Positions 37,545 through 47,758 of a DNA stretch of 64,000 nucleotides are shown in pieces. Numbering within the stretch: the stretch's first letter is position 1; each line of letters begins with the position of its first letter. The stretch is taken from positions 672,001 to 736,000 of the forward strand of contig CAVRAL010000004.1 of the NCBI GenBank assembly GCA_963719085.1, in the 5' to 3' direction. A program made the translations under genes and the position numbers. This DNA is from a candidate division FCPU426 bacterium. GTDB lineage: Bacteria > Oederibacteriota > Muellerivitia > Muellerivitales > Muellerivitaceae. The notes below the pieces were generated by a model, which saw nothing but the letters and a program-made list of their open reading frames with translations, had not been told where the DNA came from and did not search any database.

Positions 37545-38495
37545 TTAATCTTTGGGTTTCTCATTCAAGGCGATCCAGACCGGGGCTTTGACTTCCAATT
37601 GAAAAGTACTGTGGTCGATCTCCAATTCTTCCTTCAATAAATGCTGGGCTTGATTCAACAGGGAAACCCCGTCGCTGATTTTGCGGTCGTCCACCACCAA
37701 ATGGGCCGTTAAATAAACCTGCCCCGCCCCCACTTCCCACAAATGAACATGGTGCACCTCTTGAATCTCGGGAATTTTTTGCTTCAGCGTTTGGCTGATG
37801 GTCTCACCCGAAAGGCCGTGCGGGGTGGCCTCAAGCAGAATCCGAAGGGCCTTCCGGAAAAGCTTGATCGCGCTGGAGCCGATCAAAAGCGCGATGACAA
37901 GACTTAAGACCGGGTCCACCCAGGTCCACCCGGTTTGGGCGATGACGATGACGCCGATCAAAACCCCTAAGGACGACGCCAAGTCGCCCATCACATGCAC
38001 CCAGGCGCCTTGCAGGTTGATATCCTCGTGATCCGCCCCGTGCAAAAACCAGGCGCTGGAAGCGTTGGCCAAAAAGCCGATGCCGGCCACCAGTCCCATG
38101 GCTTTCCAATCTGGCAAGGACGGGCTGGAAAACCGCGTCCAAGCCTGCCAGCCGATGGCGGACACCATGAGAAAAAAGGTGAGCGAATTCCCCAGCGCCG
38201 CCAATACTTCCAAGCGCGCCAAGCCGAAGGTGTGGGTGCGGCTGGTGGGCCGCTCGGCCAAGATCATGGCGGTAAGGGAAATAAGAAGCGCCGCCAGGTC
38301 GGTCAACATGTGTCCGGCGTCCGATAGAAGCGCCAAGCTTCCGGAAAGCACGCCGCCCACCGCTTCCAATAAAAGGATGGCCGCCGTGATACCGACCGCC
38401 AGAACCATTTTGTTTTTGCGGTTTAATCCCCCGCCCATAGGAGCGCCATGGGAATGATCGGAATGATTATGTTCGTGAGAATGGTCGTGTTTCAT
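37545..38495 (-). CDS. Cation diffusion facilitator (CzcD/ZitB-like)
   Basis: His-rich N-terminus, SLALLSDAGHMLTD, TFG..RLE, HV.GD, H.VH.W, HSTFQ.E. Confidence 0.93.
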   Translation of the reverse strand: MKHDHSHEHNHSDHSHGAPMGGGLNRKNKMVLAVGITAAILLLEAVGGVLSGSLALLSDAGHMLTDLAALLISLTAMILAERPTSRTHTFGLARLEVLAALGNSLTFFLMVSAIGWQAWTRFSSPSLPDWKAMGLVAGIGFLANASSAWFLHGADHEDINLQGAWVHVMGDLASSLGVLIGVIVIAQTGWTWVDPVLSLVIALLIGSSAIKLFRKALRILLEATPHGLSGETISQTLKQKIPEIQEVHHVHLWEVGAGQVYLTAHLVVDDRKISDGVSLLNQAQHLLKEELEIDHSTFQLEVKAPVWIALNEKPKD

Positions 38496-38499
38496 GGGT

Positions 38500-41400
38500 T
38501 TATTTTATCCTGGTCCAGGCCTGCGGGCCATCCTGCCGCAGAAAATAAAGTCCGGCTTCCTTGACTGAAAACCCCGTGGCTTTTTTCAACAGCCTGGCGT
38601 AAAGGTCGATTTGTTTGCCATAGGCCTCCCGTTGGACCCCGGGGTCCCGGTCGGTTTTGTAATCCACGATAACCCAGCCTTCGGGCTCGAAAAAAACCAA
38701 GTCCATCGTGGCCTTGATGAAAATTCCGTTTTCCTGCTTTTGGGTCAGGGGCAATTCTTTAAAAAGAGTCGGGGATTGGCGGGCGCGCTGAAGCAAAGGA
38801 TGTTTTAGCGCGCGGGTAGCCAGCTGAGCCGCTTCCAGCGCCTGCTTCGGGTCCAATCCTTCCCGAGGCGCCCAGGCCAAGGCCGCCTTTTCCATTTGCG
38901 CCGCGCCCCAATCCCAGCCTTTTTCCAAAAGTTTATGGGTCAATACGCCAAGCGACTTGGCGTTCCCGGCGGAGGAATAATCCGGTTCCTCTTGCTCCTC
39001 CGTCACTTCCCAGGATTCTCCGGAACTTTTCTCATCCGCCACATGGGCCAACTCGGTTACGGTTTGGAATAAACCGGCGATCGGCCTCAACGCCTTTGCC
39101 CGAAAAGCCCTTCGGCTAGTTTCAAAAAATCGCGCGCTTTCCAAAACTTCCGTCGATTCTTTCTCTCTTTCATTTAAGTCCACCACAAGAGCCGACGGAT
39201 CTTGCAGTTCGATCGATTCCGAAGGCGTTTCGAAAACCGCGAAGGCTTTCCACGTCTCCCCGCGCTTCAATGGATCCAGGAAGCTTTCTTCCTCTCCATC
39301 CGTCAGGGGCAAAAGCAGCCCGTCCCGGGCCCGGGTACAGCCCACATAAAGCAGCCGCAGTTTTTCGGCTTCCTCTTGGGCCTCTTCTTCCTCGGCCGCC
39401 GCCTGATAGCCTAAGGTCTGCAATCCCAATTTCTGCTCGCCTGCCTTAAAGTGAAAGTTTCCCTGGCGCCGGTTCAAGAGGGGCGGTTTTTCCCTGGCAC
39501 CTTGCGAGGCGATTCCGGAAAGAATCACCAAAGGAAATTCCAGCCCCTTGGCCTTGTGCAAGGTCATTAAAGTGATGCGGTCACCGGCGGATTCGGGCCC
39601 GGGGGCTTCCCCTTCCATCGTTTCCTCGTTTTGTTGTTCCCTAAGCCACCGGGTAAAGGCCCCCGCGCTGAAATTTTGCGACGTTTCCAAATCCCGGGCT
39701 TGATCCACCACTTTTAAAAGATTAGCGACCCGCTGCTCGCCATGGGGCTGGGCCGCCACCAGGGGAATCAAGCTGGTGCGGTCGTAAAGGAGCCTTAATA
39801 CCTCTGAAGGCGCCAGGTCCCGGGTGTCCTGATACAAGCTCCGCAATAAACGGAAGGCCTCCTGGAAAGGTTTTTTTCCCGGGGTCAGGTATTGAAACTG
39901 TCCGCCTTCGGATCGGTAAAACAAAAGCTCCTCGTCGGTAAAACCAAAAAGAAAACTTCTTAAAAGCGCCACCAAGGACGCCTCGTCCGCGGGCGAGGCC
40001 AGGGCTGATAAAAGGGTTTGGAGCGCCGCGATTTCGGGCCGGTTGAAAAAGCGCTTCCCGCCCACCATTTGATAAGGAAGCGCCCGCTTGCGGAAGGCTT
40101 CCTCATAAGCAGTTTCCGAATTGGAAAGTTCCCTAAAAAGAATGGCCACGTCTCCGGGTCTTAAAGGACGGATGGCTTTTGTTTTGGAATCCTCGATTAA
40201 AAAGCCCCGGGGAAACAGGGTTTCTTTTAAAAAGGCCGCCACCGATTCGGCTTCCAAGCGGCGTTTCTGGGCCGCCGTGGCCTCCTCGGGAAAGGGATCC
40301 AGTTGAAGCTTCAAAAGCGGCGGAAGGTTTGGCTCGTGAGGGGCCAAGACACGATGGGCTTTTTGCGGCACGTAAGTCATGCCCCCTTGGGAAAGCAAAA
40401 CGTTGAATTTCTCGTTCACCCAATCCACCACCGGCTCCAGGGTGCGGAAATTTTGGGTCAGATCCTCGACCTGCCCCCCGGAAGCCTTAAGCTTTTGTTT
40501 GGCCTCCTCATAAATCTCAATATCCGCCCGCCGAAACCGGTAAATGCTTTGCTTGGGGTCCCCCACCAAAAAAAGCTTGCCCGCTTCCAGCTGGACGTCC
40601 TGCCACTTTTTAGCCCGGCCGCCTTCTTTTTCGCACAAGAAAAAAACCACTTCCACCTGGAGGGGATCCGTATCTTGAAACTCATCCACAAAAATTCGGT
40701 CAAACCGGCCTTTCAGTTCTTCGCGCAGCTCTCCCGGCATCCGCAACAGATCGCGGGTTTTAGACAATAGATCATCGAAGTCCAGAAATCCCTGGCGGTT
40801 CTTTTTTTCGGCGTAGTCGCCCAAATAGGCCCAAAGCCAATCCGCCAGCCGCCACAGGGCGCGGTCTTTCACTTGGGCGGCGAAAAGCTGATGGGCTTCC
40901 CCAACTTGGGCCGCTTCGTTTCGGGCTTTGGTCAGTACCTTTTCATCCCAATTTCCCTTCGTTCCAGCTTTGGGCTTGGGCAATTCCAACAAGCTTAAGC
41001 GCGCCCGGTCTTCGGATAAGGATGAATCGGCCAAAGCTTCCCATTGCTTTTTGAAGTAAACCAGCTGTTCAAAAAACTTATCTTCTGGATTTTTACAAGC
41101 CGTGAGAACCCCTGGAATCAACCGCGCGAATTTTTTAAGCTCCGTGATCAATGGAGCGGCCGAAGGCTCCTCGGGCACGGGGGGACGCGCGGCCAGGGCC
41201 CTGTGGCGCAAAAGAAAGTTTTTTACCCTTTCGACTTGAGACAAGCTTCCGCCCAGATTAAGAAAAAAAATCAAGCTTTCCACCGGATTCAGCAGGGCGT
41301 TTTTAAGCCAATCGTCCCAGGTTTGCGCCTCGAAAGCGTCGGTTTGGACCTGATCAAGCACTTTAAATTGGGGGTCAATCCCCGCCTCAATGGGGTATTC

Positions 41401-41745
41401 CCGCAGGATTGAGGAACAAAAAGAATGGATGGTGGAAACCGGCGCCTGCTCCAAATCTTTTAAAGCCCGCAAAACCAGTTTTTTTCGCTTCAAGCTTTCC
41501 GCCGGATCGCCTTCGGCCAGCGCTTTTTCCAATTTTTGCCGCAGACGCTCCACCAATTCGCCCGCGGCCTTATCCGTAAAAGTGATGGCCGCCACCCGGG
41601 AAAGGGGAATTTCGGCTTGGAGCAAAACCGCGGCCAGCCGGTCAATCAGAAGGGTGGTTTTCCCCGTGCCCGCTCCCGCGTCCACCGCGAAGGAGGTGCC
41701 CAGTTGTTCCACAATCCGTTGGCGCGCCGCTTGATCGGAGATCAT
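38500..41745 (-). CDS. addA: AddA-type UvrD helicase / RecB-like nuclease
   Basis: AGAGTGKT, TFT.KAA.E, TIHSFC, VDEFQDT, VGDPKQSIYRFR, TLHKAKGLEF, LYV..TRA and a C-terminal D...VDYKTD nuclease; start at MISD coupled to the addB stop. Confidence 0.9.
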   Translation of the reverse strand: MISDQAARQRIVEQLGTSFAVDAGAGTGKTTLLIDRLAAVLLQAEIPLSRVAAITFTDKAAGELVERLRQKLEKALAEGDPAESLKRKKLVLRALKDLEQAPVSTIHSFCSSILREYPIEAGIDPQFKVLDQVQTDAFEAQTWDDWLKNALLNPVESLIFFLNLGGSLSQVERVKNFLLRHRALAARPPVPEEPSAAPLITELKKFARLIPGVLTACKNPEDKFFEQLVYFKKQWEALADSSLSEDRARLSLLELPKPKAGTKGNWDEKVLTKARNEAAQVGEAHQLFAAQVKDRALWRLADWLWAYLGDYAEKKNRQGFLDFDDLLSKTRDLLRMPGELREELKGRFDRIFVDEFQDTDPLQVEVVFFLCEKEGGRAKKWQDVQLEAGKLFLVGDPKQSIYRFRRADIEIYEEAKQKLKASGGQVEDLTQNFRTLEPVVDWVNEKFNVLLSQGGMTYVPQKAHRVLAPHEPNLPPLLKLQLDPFPEEATAAQKRRLEAESVAAFLKETLFPRGFLIEDSKTKAIRPLRPGDVAILFRELSNSETAYEEAFRKRALPYQMVGGKRFFNRPEIAALQTLLSALASPADEASLVALLRSFLFGFTDEELLFYRSEGGQFQYLTPGKKPFQEAFRLLRSLYQDTRDLAPSEVLRLLYDRTSLIPLVAAQPHGEQRVANLLKVVDQARDLETSQNFSAGAFTRWLREQQNEETMEGEAPGPESAGDRITLMTLHKAKGLEFPLVILSGIASQGAREKPPLLNRRQGNFHFKAGEQKLGLQTLGYQAAAEEEEAQEEAEKLRLLYVGCTRARDGLLLPLTDGEEESFLDPLKRGETWKAFAVFETPSESIELQDPSALVVDLNEREKESTEVLESARFFETSRRAFRAKALRPIAGLFQTVTELAHVADEKSSGESWEVTEEQEEPDYSSAGNAKSLGVLTHKLLEKGWDWGAAQMEKAALAWAPREGLDPKQALEAAQLATRALKHPLLQRARQSPTLFKELPLTQKQENGIFIKATMDLVFFEPEGWVIVDYKTDRDPGVQREAYGKQIDLYARLLKKATGFSVKEAGLYFLRQDGPQAWTRIK

Positions 41746-44700
41746 TCGATTTCTTCCAGTTGGTAATAAGGGCGCATGGCGGGATCCTGCGCCTTGCGCT
41801 CCCCGCGCTCCGCCGCGCCCGGCCCGCAAAGGGAACGGTAATCACAACGCGCGCAATCTTTTCCCGCTGCCGGAAAAAGCCCCGTCTCCACGCTTTCCAC
41901 CACCGGCTGGATGACTTTCAAAAGGGTTTTTTGAAGCGCTTGGGGATTTTCGCTTTCATAAACCACCTGACGGTACTTGCCTTTGCGGGTGATGAAATCG
42001 TAGAGGGCGGTTTTGGCCGGTTTCTGGGGCCTCATTTGCTGCAGGGCCCAAAGATAAAAGGGAAGCTGTAGTTTGGTGCCGGCCTTTAGTTTTTGATCGC
42101 TAAAGCCCGTGTCCGAACCAGTTTTATAATCCACCACGCGAAACGCCGAACCATCCCGGGCTTCATCGACCCGGTCGATGAAGCCTTGCAGCTTAATCTC
42201 GCCGCCTTCCAAGGGAAACGAAACAGGCGTCCCGGCGTCTTTCGCCGCCGTCGAAGAGCCGAAAGCCGCCTCAAGTTCCACGGGTTTCCATTCGGGATCC
42301 TCTAAAATTTTTTCCAAAACTTCTTTTAAGTCTTCCTTGATTCGCCCTTGCTCCCAAATCCAAAGGGCGGGAGCGCCGGTGACGCCTTCTTTCGTGAAAC
42401 GCTCGAAATGTTTATCCCTAATCTCGTCCAGCGCCGACAAAGCCTCCGCTTGGGGGACTTTCTTTTTTTCAAACCATTTTTCTTTCAGGCCCCGCTCCAG
42501 GGTTTCTTCCAAAATACCGTGCATCAATTGGCCCCGGTCGGCCCCTTCCAATTGCAAAACCCGGTCCGGCTCGGGTATCACGGTGAGGCGCAGGACATAT
42601 TTGTAAAAATAACGCAGGGGACAGGCCGCGAAGGTTTCCAGCCTTGACGCGGAAACCGCCCTCAATCGGGGCGAGTCTTTTTCTCTCAAAATTTTGCGGG
42701 CGGCGGGGCCGCTGATTTTCCCGTCGTAAGCGGTGAAAACCGGGAAGGCCTGCCGCTGCTTCAAAAGCTTCGCGCCTTCAAAATAAAAGGGCCTCTCTTT
42801 GGCCAGCGCCAAAGCCGCGGCCGGGCTTCCGAAACGAGCCTGCTGAAAAGCCGTCAAAAGCCGCTCCAACTCGTCAGCGCAATGGGCGAGGTCGGGCTTC
42901 GCCCAATCCTGGACTGGTAATGTTTTGACAAACCCGCCGGCTTCTTCCAACCGGAAAAGTCTTTTTCCGGTTACCGCCTCAGCCGCCTCAAAAAGATACA
43001 AGGAAGGGGTGCGGGGGGATCCGGTCAGCGGATTGAGTGAGGGTGCCGTCAAAATGAGGGCTTTACGCGCGCTTCGCACCGCCAGCAGAAACAACAAACG
43101 CTCTTCAAGCGCGCCTTCTTTTTTTAAAGCCATCCGGTGGGAAGGTTCGGGCAGATGGGCGTCAAAATTGAAAGCTCCCTGCTTGGCTTTGGCCAAAGCT
43201 GAATTTTGAAGCGCCCGGGCTTGCCGGTTGATCTCTTCCCGTTCAATGTCCAATAAAAGCGGATCCTGCCGGACCAATCGGGGAATGGATTTTTCCACCA
43301 ACCCGGGCAAGGCCACCAGTTCAAAGGATACGCCGCGCGCCTGCATCAAATCGTAGAGGGGCACTCCGTTGGGCCCAGCCGGCTCCTGCGGATTTTTCGT
43401 TTCCTGAAGGAGCGCCGCCAACACCGCGCGAAATTCGTCGACGGGTAGCGCCTTGCTGAAAAAATGGCTAAAAAGGGCGAAGTTTTCCAGGAGGGCGACA
43501 ATTGCTTTCCGGCGGGAAGCGGCTGGTTCAGTGTCCGCTTTCATCACTTTTTGAACCATTTCCTTCAAGACACCGGCCTTGCCGCTCCAATCCTTCATTT
43601 TTCGAAAAGCGTCCCCGGCTTTGAAAAGACTCTCCAAAACCTTTTGAAAAGATTCGGCCGCTTCTAATCCCGCCGGGAATTCCTCTTTTTCCCGGAGCAT
43701 TTCCCTTCGCTTGTTTTTTTTCCAAGCCAAAAGACGGCGGCGCCATTCCACCCGGCCTTCCACCACCTTGGCTTCGCGGCTAATCCCGTCCCAGGCCGAA
43801 GGGTTCCAGTCCTCCTCGCGGACCTCAAAAGCGTCCGACACTAGGTTTGGCATGGAAAGAAAATTCAAGGTTTCTTCCCGGGGAAAACCCCGCAAGTAAC
43901 AGTCCAGAAGCGATAATAAAGCCTTGCCTTCCAGCGTTTCTAAAAGCGGGCCCGGCAGAGGCTTGGCCAATGGGATCTTTTGGTCCTCAAAGGCCTGCGG
44001 CAAAATTTTCCGGTAAGACTCGGGATCGCGCAAAAGAACCGCGCCCTCGTTTAAAGCCAGGGACCCGGCCTCAGCCTGGGATAAGATGCCCCGAGCGATT
44101 TCCTTTCCCTCCCGAGACTCGCCCGGGCACAGAAAAATTTTGAAATCGGAAACGTCAAAAGGCTCTTCGATGTCGGGATTTTCGGAAGCTAAAGAGGATT
44201 CTCGAAACAGGTGGTTTTTTAACCGGGACAGGGGACTAGGGGTTTCCGGCGCAAAATGACCTTCTTCAATGACCCGGCCCAAATCTTTGGCCCATTCCAC
44301 GAAAGGCTTGGCGTATTCGAACGCCGGATGATCCTCATAGGGCACGAACCAGCGGCTGGAAGGTGAATGGGCCAAATGCAGCAATACTTTTTTTTGCAGG
44401 GGAGTGGCGTCATAAAAACCATAAATAAACACGGCGCCCGCGCCCGCCGGGGCCACTTCCAAGGCCTTAAAATAAAGATCTTCCCGGTCGAGGAATTGTC
44501 CCTTAGCCTTGAGGCCCTGGTAGCTCTCCAAAAGCGCCGCCAACTCGGCGGCTTTGCGGGAAAAACGCCGAAGCTTGCGGTCTCCCGTTTTTTTCCCGAA
44601 AGCCGCCAGACTTTTCAAGCTTTCGGAATTAAACAACCCTTCCCGGATTTCGGCCAAGGTTTTTCGAAGCGCCCGGTAAAAGCCGGGTGTCTCGCGGACA

Positions 44701-45032
44701 GCTTGAAAAACGGACCCTGTCTTAAGCGTTCGGCCGGCGGCTTCCTTTAAAACCCAGGGCGTCAAAACCTCGGGCAAAACTTGCGATCCTTCGGCCAGAA
44801 TTTTTTCCTGGGTGAAGTCCCCTAAGTAATGGTGCAAGGTATGGACTTGGGTATTGAATACGGATTCCTGTTTTTCGGCCAACACCCGTTTTAAATGGCC
44901 GACCAAAAGAACGTTGGGTACCAGAATGAGCAAGGGTCCCAGGGGATCTTGGGCGCGGTGCGCCGCGTAAGCTTGCGCCAGTTTTTCCTCGAGAAAGGGC
45001 TGATAGGGTCCGAGATAAAGGGAAAAACTCAT
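41742..45032 (-). CDS. addB: AddB-type inactive helicase / PD-(D/E)XK nuclease with Fe-S staple
   Basis: SASRLE....CP, GFIDRVD, VDYKTG, LQL..Y, CARCDY..LC. Confidence 0.88.
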   Translation of the reverse strand: MSFSLYLGPYQPFLEEKLAQAYAAHRAQDPLGPLLILVPNVLLVGHLKRVLAEKQESVFNTQVHTLHHYLGDFTQEKILAEGSQVLPEVLTPWVLKEAAGRTLKTGSVFQAVRETPGFYRALRKTLAEIREGLFNSESLKSLAAFGKKTGDRKLRRFSRKAAELAALLESYQGLKAKGQFLDREDLYFKALEVAPAGAGAVFIYGFYDATPLQKKVLLHLAHSPSSRWFVPYEDHPAFEYAKPFVEWAKDLGRVIEEGHFAPETPSPLSRLKNHLFRESSLASENPDIEEPFDVSDFKIFLCPGESREGKEIARGILSQAEAGSLALNEGAVLLRDPESYRKILPQAFEDQKIPLAKPLPGPLLETLEGKALLSLLDCYLRGFPREETLNFLSMPNLVSDAFEVREEDWNPSAWDGISREAKVVEGRVEWRRRLLAWKKNKRREMLREKEEFPAGLEAAESFQKVLESLFKAGDAFRKMKDWSGKAGVLKEMVQKVMKADTEPAASRRKAIVALLENFALFSHFFSKALPVDEFRAVLAALLQETKNPQEPAGPNGVPLYDLMQARGVSFELVALPGLVEKSIPRLVRQDPLLLDIEREEINRQARALQNSALAKAKQGAFNFDAHLPEPSHRMALKKEGALEERLLFLLAVRSARKALILTAPSLNPLTGSPRTPSLYLFEAAEAVTGKRLFRLEEAGGFVKTLPVQDWAKPDLAHCADELERLLTAFQQARFGSPAAALALAKERPFYFEGAKLLKQRQAFPVFTAYDGKISGPAARKILREKDSPRLRAVSASRLETFAACPLRYFYKYVLRLTVIPEPDRVLQLEGADRGQLMHGILEETLERGLKEKWFEKKKVPQAEALSALDEIRDKHFERFTKEGVTGAPALWIWEQGRIKEDLKEVLEKILEDPEWKPVELEAAFGSSTAAKDAGTPVSFPLEGGEIKLQGFIDRVDEARDGSAFRVVDYKTGSDTGFSDQKLKAGTKLQLPFYLWALQQMRPQKPAKTALYDFITRKGKYRQVVYESENPQALQKTLLKVIQPVVESVETGLFPAAGKDCARCDYRSLCGPGAAERGERKAQDPAMRPYYQLEEIE

Positions 45033-45186
45033 TCAAAATCCTCAGATTACTTGAAGTTAACCCGCAAAAGGGGCCTTTGCGAGCGGGTACGGTTCACTCT
45101 TACGGGCTCATTATATATAATCCTTCTTCCCAAAGGCTTTTGGCTTTGATTGAAGCTGGCCCGAATTGATTCAAAAGGAATTTTTT

Positions 45187-46029
45187 ATGCCCCGTGAAAT
45201 CCTCATCGCCGACGCCGCCGGTTTTTGTTTCGGCGTCAAACGCGCCATTGAGAAGGCCGAAACCATGGACAAGGCCTATATCTTCGGCTCGCTCATCCAT
45301 AACCCCCAGGAAGTGGCCAGGCTCGCCTCGTTGAATAAAAAAATCGTTCATTCACTGGAAGAGGTGCAGGACAACCGGGTGGTCATCACCGCCCACGGCC
45401 TGGATATTAACGTGATTGGGACCATGAAAGAAAAAGGTTTGGAAATCGTCGACACCACCTGCCCCTTGGTCACCAAAATCTATAAAGAGGGCGAGAAACT
45501 GCAAGGCCAGGGCTTGCGCATCGTCATTATCGGCGATCCCAAGCATGTCGAGGTCAAAGGCATCGCTAGCCGCATGAAAGACGCCCTTATCGTTTATTAC
45601 GAGGAAGATATCCAAAAGGTCCCGGCCGACGCCCGCATCGGCGTGGTTTGCCAAAGCACGCTCTTGATGGAAAAATTCGATAAGTTCGTGACATTGCTGA
45701 AAGCCCATTGCGCCGAGGTCACCGTCAGCAATACTATTTGCAAGCCCACCAAGGACCGCCAAACCGCCGCCGCCGCCCTTTCCAAAAACGTGGAAATTAT
45801 GGTGGTCATCGGGGGGCGCAACTCGTCCAATACCCACAAGTTGGCGGATACCTGCAAAATGAACCTGCCGGACGCCACGCATCATATTGAGACCGCCCAA
45901 GAGCTGGAATCCAAATGGTTCGAGGGAAAACAGCGGGTGGGGATCACCGCCGGGGCCTCGACGCCGGATTATTTGATTGAGGAAGTTATCGCGAAAATCA
46001 GGTCTTACGATTCTTTAATTCCCGCCTGA
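45187..46029 (+). CDS. ispH: 4-hydroxy-3-methylbut-2-enyl diphosphate reductase
   Basis: GFCFGVKRA, IHN, AHG, DTTCPLV, H.EV.G, TIC..T..RQ, SSN, TAGASTP. Confidence 0.96.
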   Translation: MPREILIADAAGFCFGVKRAIEKAETMDKAYIFGSLIHNPQEVARLASLNKKIVHSLEEVQDNRVVITAHGLDINVIGTMKEKGLEIVDTTCPLVTKIYKEGEKLQGQGLRIVIIGDPKHVEVKGIASRMKDALIVYYEEDIQKVPADARIGVVCQSTLLMEKFDKFVTLLKAHCAEVTVSNTICKPTKDRQTAAAALSKNVEIMVVIGGRNSSNTHKLADTCKMNLPDATHHIETAQELESKWFEGKQRVGITAGASTPDYLIEEVIAKIRSYDSLIPA

Positions 46030-46085
46030 TCCTTACGGTTTACTCAGTCGAAGGCGCCCCTCCTTCTAAAACGAGGAATCCCTCC

Positions 46086-46451
46086 ATGGACAGCCCAACC
46101 GCCGAAAAATTCGCCGCCGAGTGGATCACCGCTTGGAACCGGCACGATCTAGCCGCCATTCTACAGCATTACGCCGACAACGTGGTCTTTACGTCCCCCT
46201 TCGTGGTGAAGCTGATGGGAGACGCGGCGGGAACCTTGCGGGGAAAAGAAGCTTTGCGGTTTTACTTCGCGAAGGGCTTGGCGGCTTACCCTGATTTAAA
46301 ATTCAAACCCCTGGGCGTTTTAGCCGGCGTGAATAGTTTGGTGGTTTATTACGAAAGCGTGGGCGGAAGATTGTCGGCGGAATTTATGGAATTGGACGCT
46401 CAAGGAAAAGTCTCGCGGGTTCAAGCCCATTACCAGAATCCCCGCGCTTAA
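46086..46451 (+). CDS. SnoaL/NTF2-like protein
   Basis: W..AWN.HDL..IL.HY...V.F.SP, G.NS.V.YY.S. Confidence 0.88.
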   Translation: MDSPTAEKFAAEWITAWNRHDLAAILQHYADNVVFTSPFVVKLMGDAAGTLRGKEALRFYFAKGLAAYPDLKFKPLGVLAGVNSLVVYYESVGGRLSAEFMELDAQGKVSRVQAHYQNPRA

Positions 46452-46453
46452 AA

Positions 46454-47467
46454 TTAAAGTCCCACGGCCCGCATCCAAGCGTCCAACACTTGGGCGTTGC
46501 CCAAACTATCTTTCCAAGTCATAAAAGGCGATTCTTGCAAACCTCGTTGAAGCGCGGACCCCACCGCGTCCACCTCGAGCGAGTAAAGGCTTTGGCGCGA
46601 CCGAAGGGTAATAACTTGGGGACGGGCGCCGGCGCGGTAAACCTGAATTTTAGCGGCCGCCGGGTCAAACCGATCCGCGTGCCAGGGCGACGGTACGTGG
46701 ATCCAACCCTTGGATCCAAAAAGCGAGACTCCCACCGGGCGTCGGACCCGGTTGGCGCAGGAAAGTTCGGCTAGGATGCCGTTGGGAAATTTCAAGGACG
46801 CCAACGCAAACTCATCCACCCGGCTTTGGCTTCCCACCACGCCCAGCCCCTTGACTTCCAAAGGCTCGGCGAAAGCTTTGCCCAAGGCCGCGCCGGCTAA
46901 AAGCCGGGCCATGGAAACGGGATAACAGCCCACATCCCAAATCGCGCCCCCACCCAGGGCTCGGTTAAATAAACGGCCTTTCAAATCCACCGGACGCTCA
47001 AAACAAAAAGACGCCTGGATCAGCTTCAATTCCCCGATGGCTTTGTTCCTTATGAGTTCCACCAACTTGGCGGTCTGGGGATGACAGCGGTACATGAAGG
47101 CTTCCATGAAAAAAACTTTGTGGCTTTTGGCGGCCTGGATGACCCGCCGGGCCGCCGGATAATGAAGGGTCAGGGGTTTTTCACAAAGGATATGTTTTCC
47201 CGCGCGGGCGGCTTGAAGCGCCCATTCGGCGTGAAAAGCGTGGGGAGTGGCGATATAGAGGACGTCCACAAAGGGATCATGCAAAAGCTTCTTATAACTG
47301 CCGTAGGCCATGGGGATTTTGTGGCGCCGGGCGAAGCTTTCCGCCTTCGCCGGGGACCGGCTGGCCACGGCTCCCAAAATGCCCATTTTGGACTCCAAAA
47401 CCGCCTTGGCGAAAAGATCGGCGATATGGCCGGTGGACAATATTCCCCAATTGATTTTCTGTTTCAT
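46454..47467 (-). CDS. Gfo/Idh/MocA family oxidoreductase
   Basis: WGILSTGHIA, YIATPH..H, GKHILCEKP, MEAFMYR.HP, GGGA.WDVGCY. Confidence 0.92.
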   Translation of the reverse strand: MKQKINWGILSTGHIADLFAKAVLESKMGILGAVASRSPAKAESFARRHKIPMAYGSYKKLLHDPFVDVLYIATPHAFHAEWALQAARAGKHILCEKPLTLHYPAARRVIQAAKSHKVFFMEAFMYRCHPQTAKLVELIRNKAIGELKLIQASFCFERPVDLKGRLFNRALGGGAIWDVGCYPVSMARLLAGAALGKAFAEPLEVKGLGVVGSQSRVDEFALASLKFPNGILAELSCANRVRRPVGVSLFGSKGWIHVPSPWHADRFDPAAAKIQVYRAGARPQVITLRSRQSLYSLEVDAVGSALQRGLQESPFMTWKDSLGNAQVLDAWMRAVGL

Positions 47468-47758
47468 CGGCTTCCTTGAACGCCCCTTCATAGGCCTTAA
47501 CCTCAGGGAGCGGGGCCACATTGTACCAACGCCGGGGCGCCGCGCAACAAGAGGCCTTTATTTTTAGTTCAAGTGAAACTTGAGGCTCGTTCAATTTTTG
47601 CCAACCGAGGGAAAACGACCTTCCCACTTTTAACCGCTTTGGGGTTCAAGCCGGGCTCCCAAGAGGCCTATGCTAAAGACAGGTCAAAAGAGTTTCTTCA
47701 TCGACATTTCAACCGCTTGAAATACGGTTGCATGCCCAAATCCCGCAAGGAGTGGTAA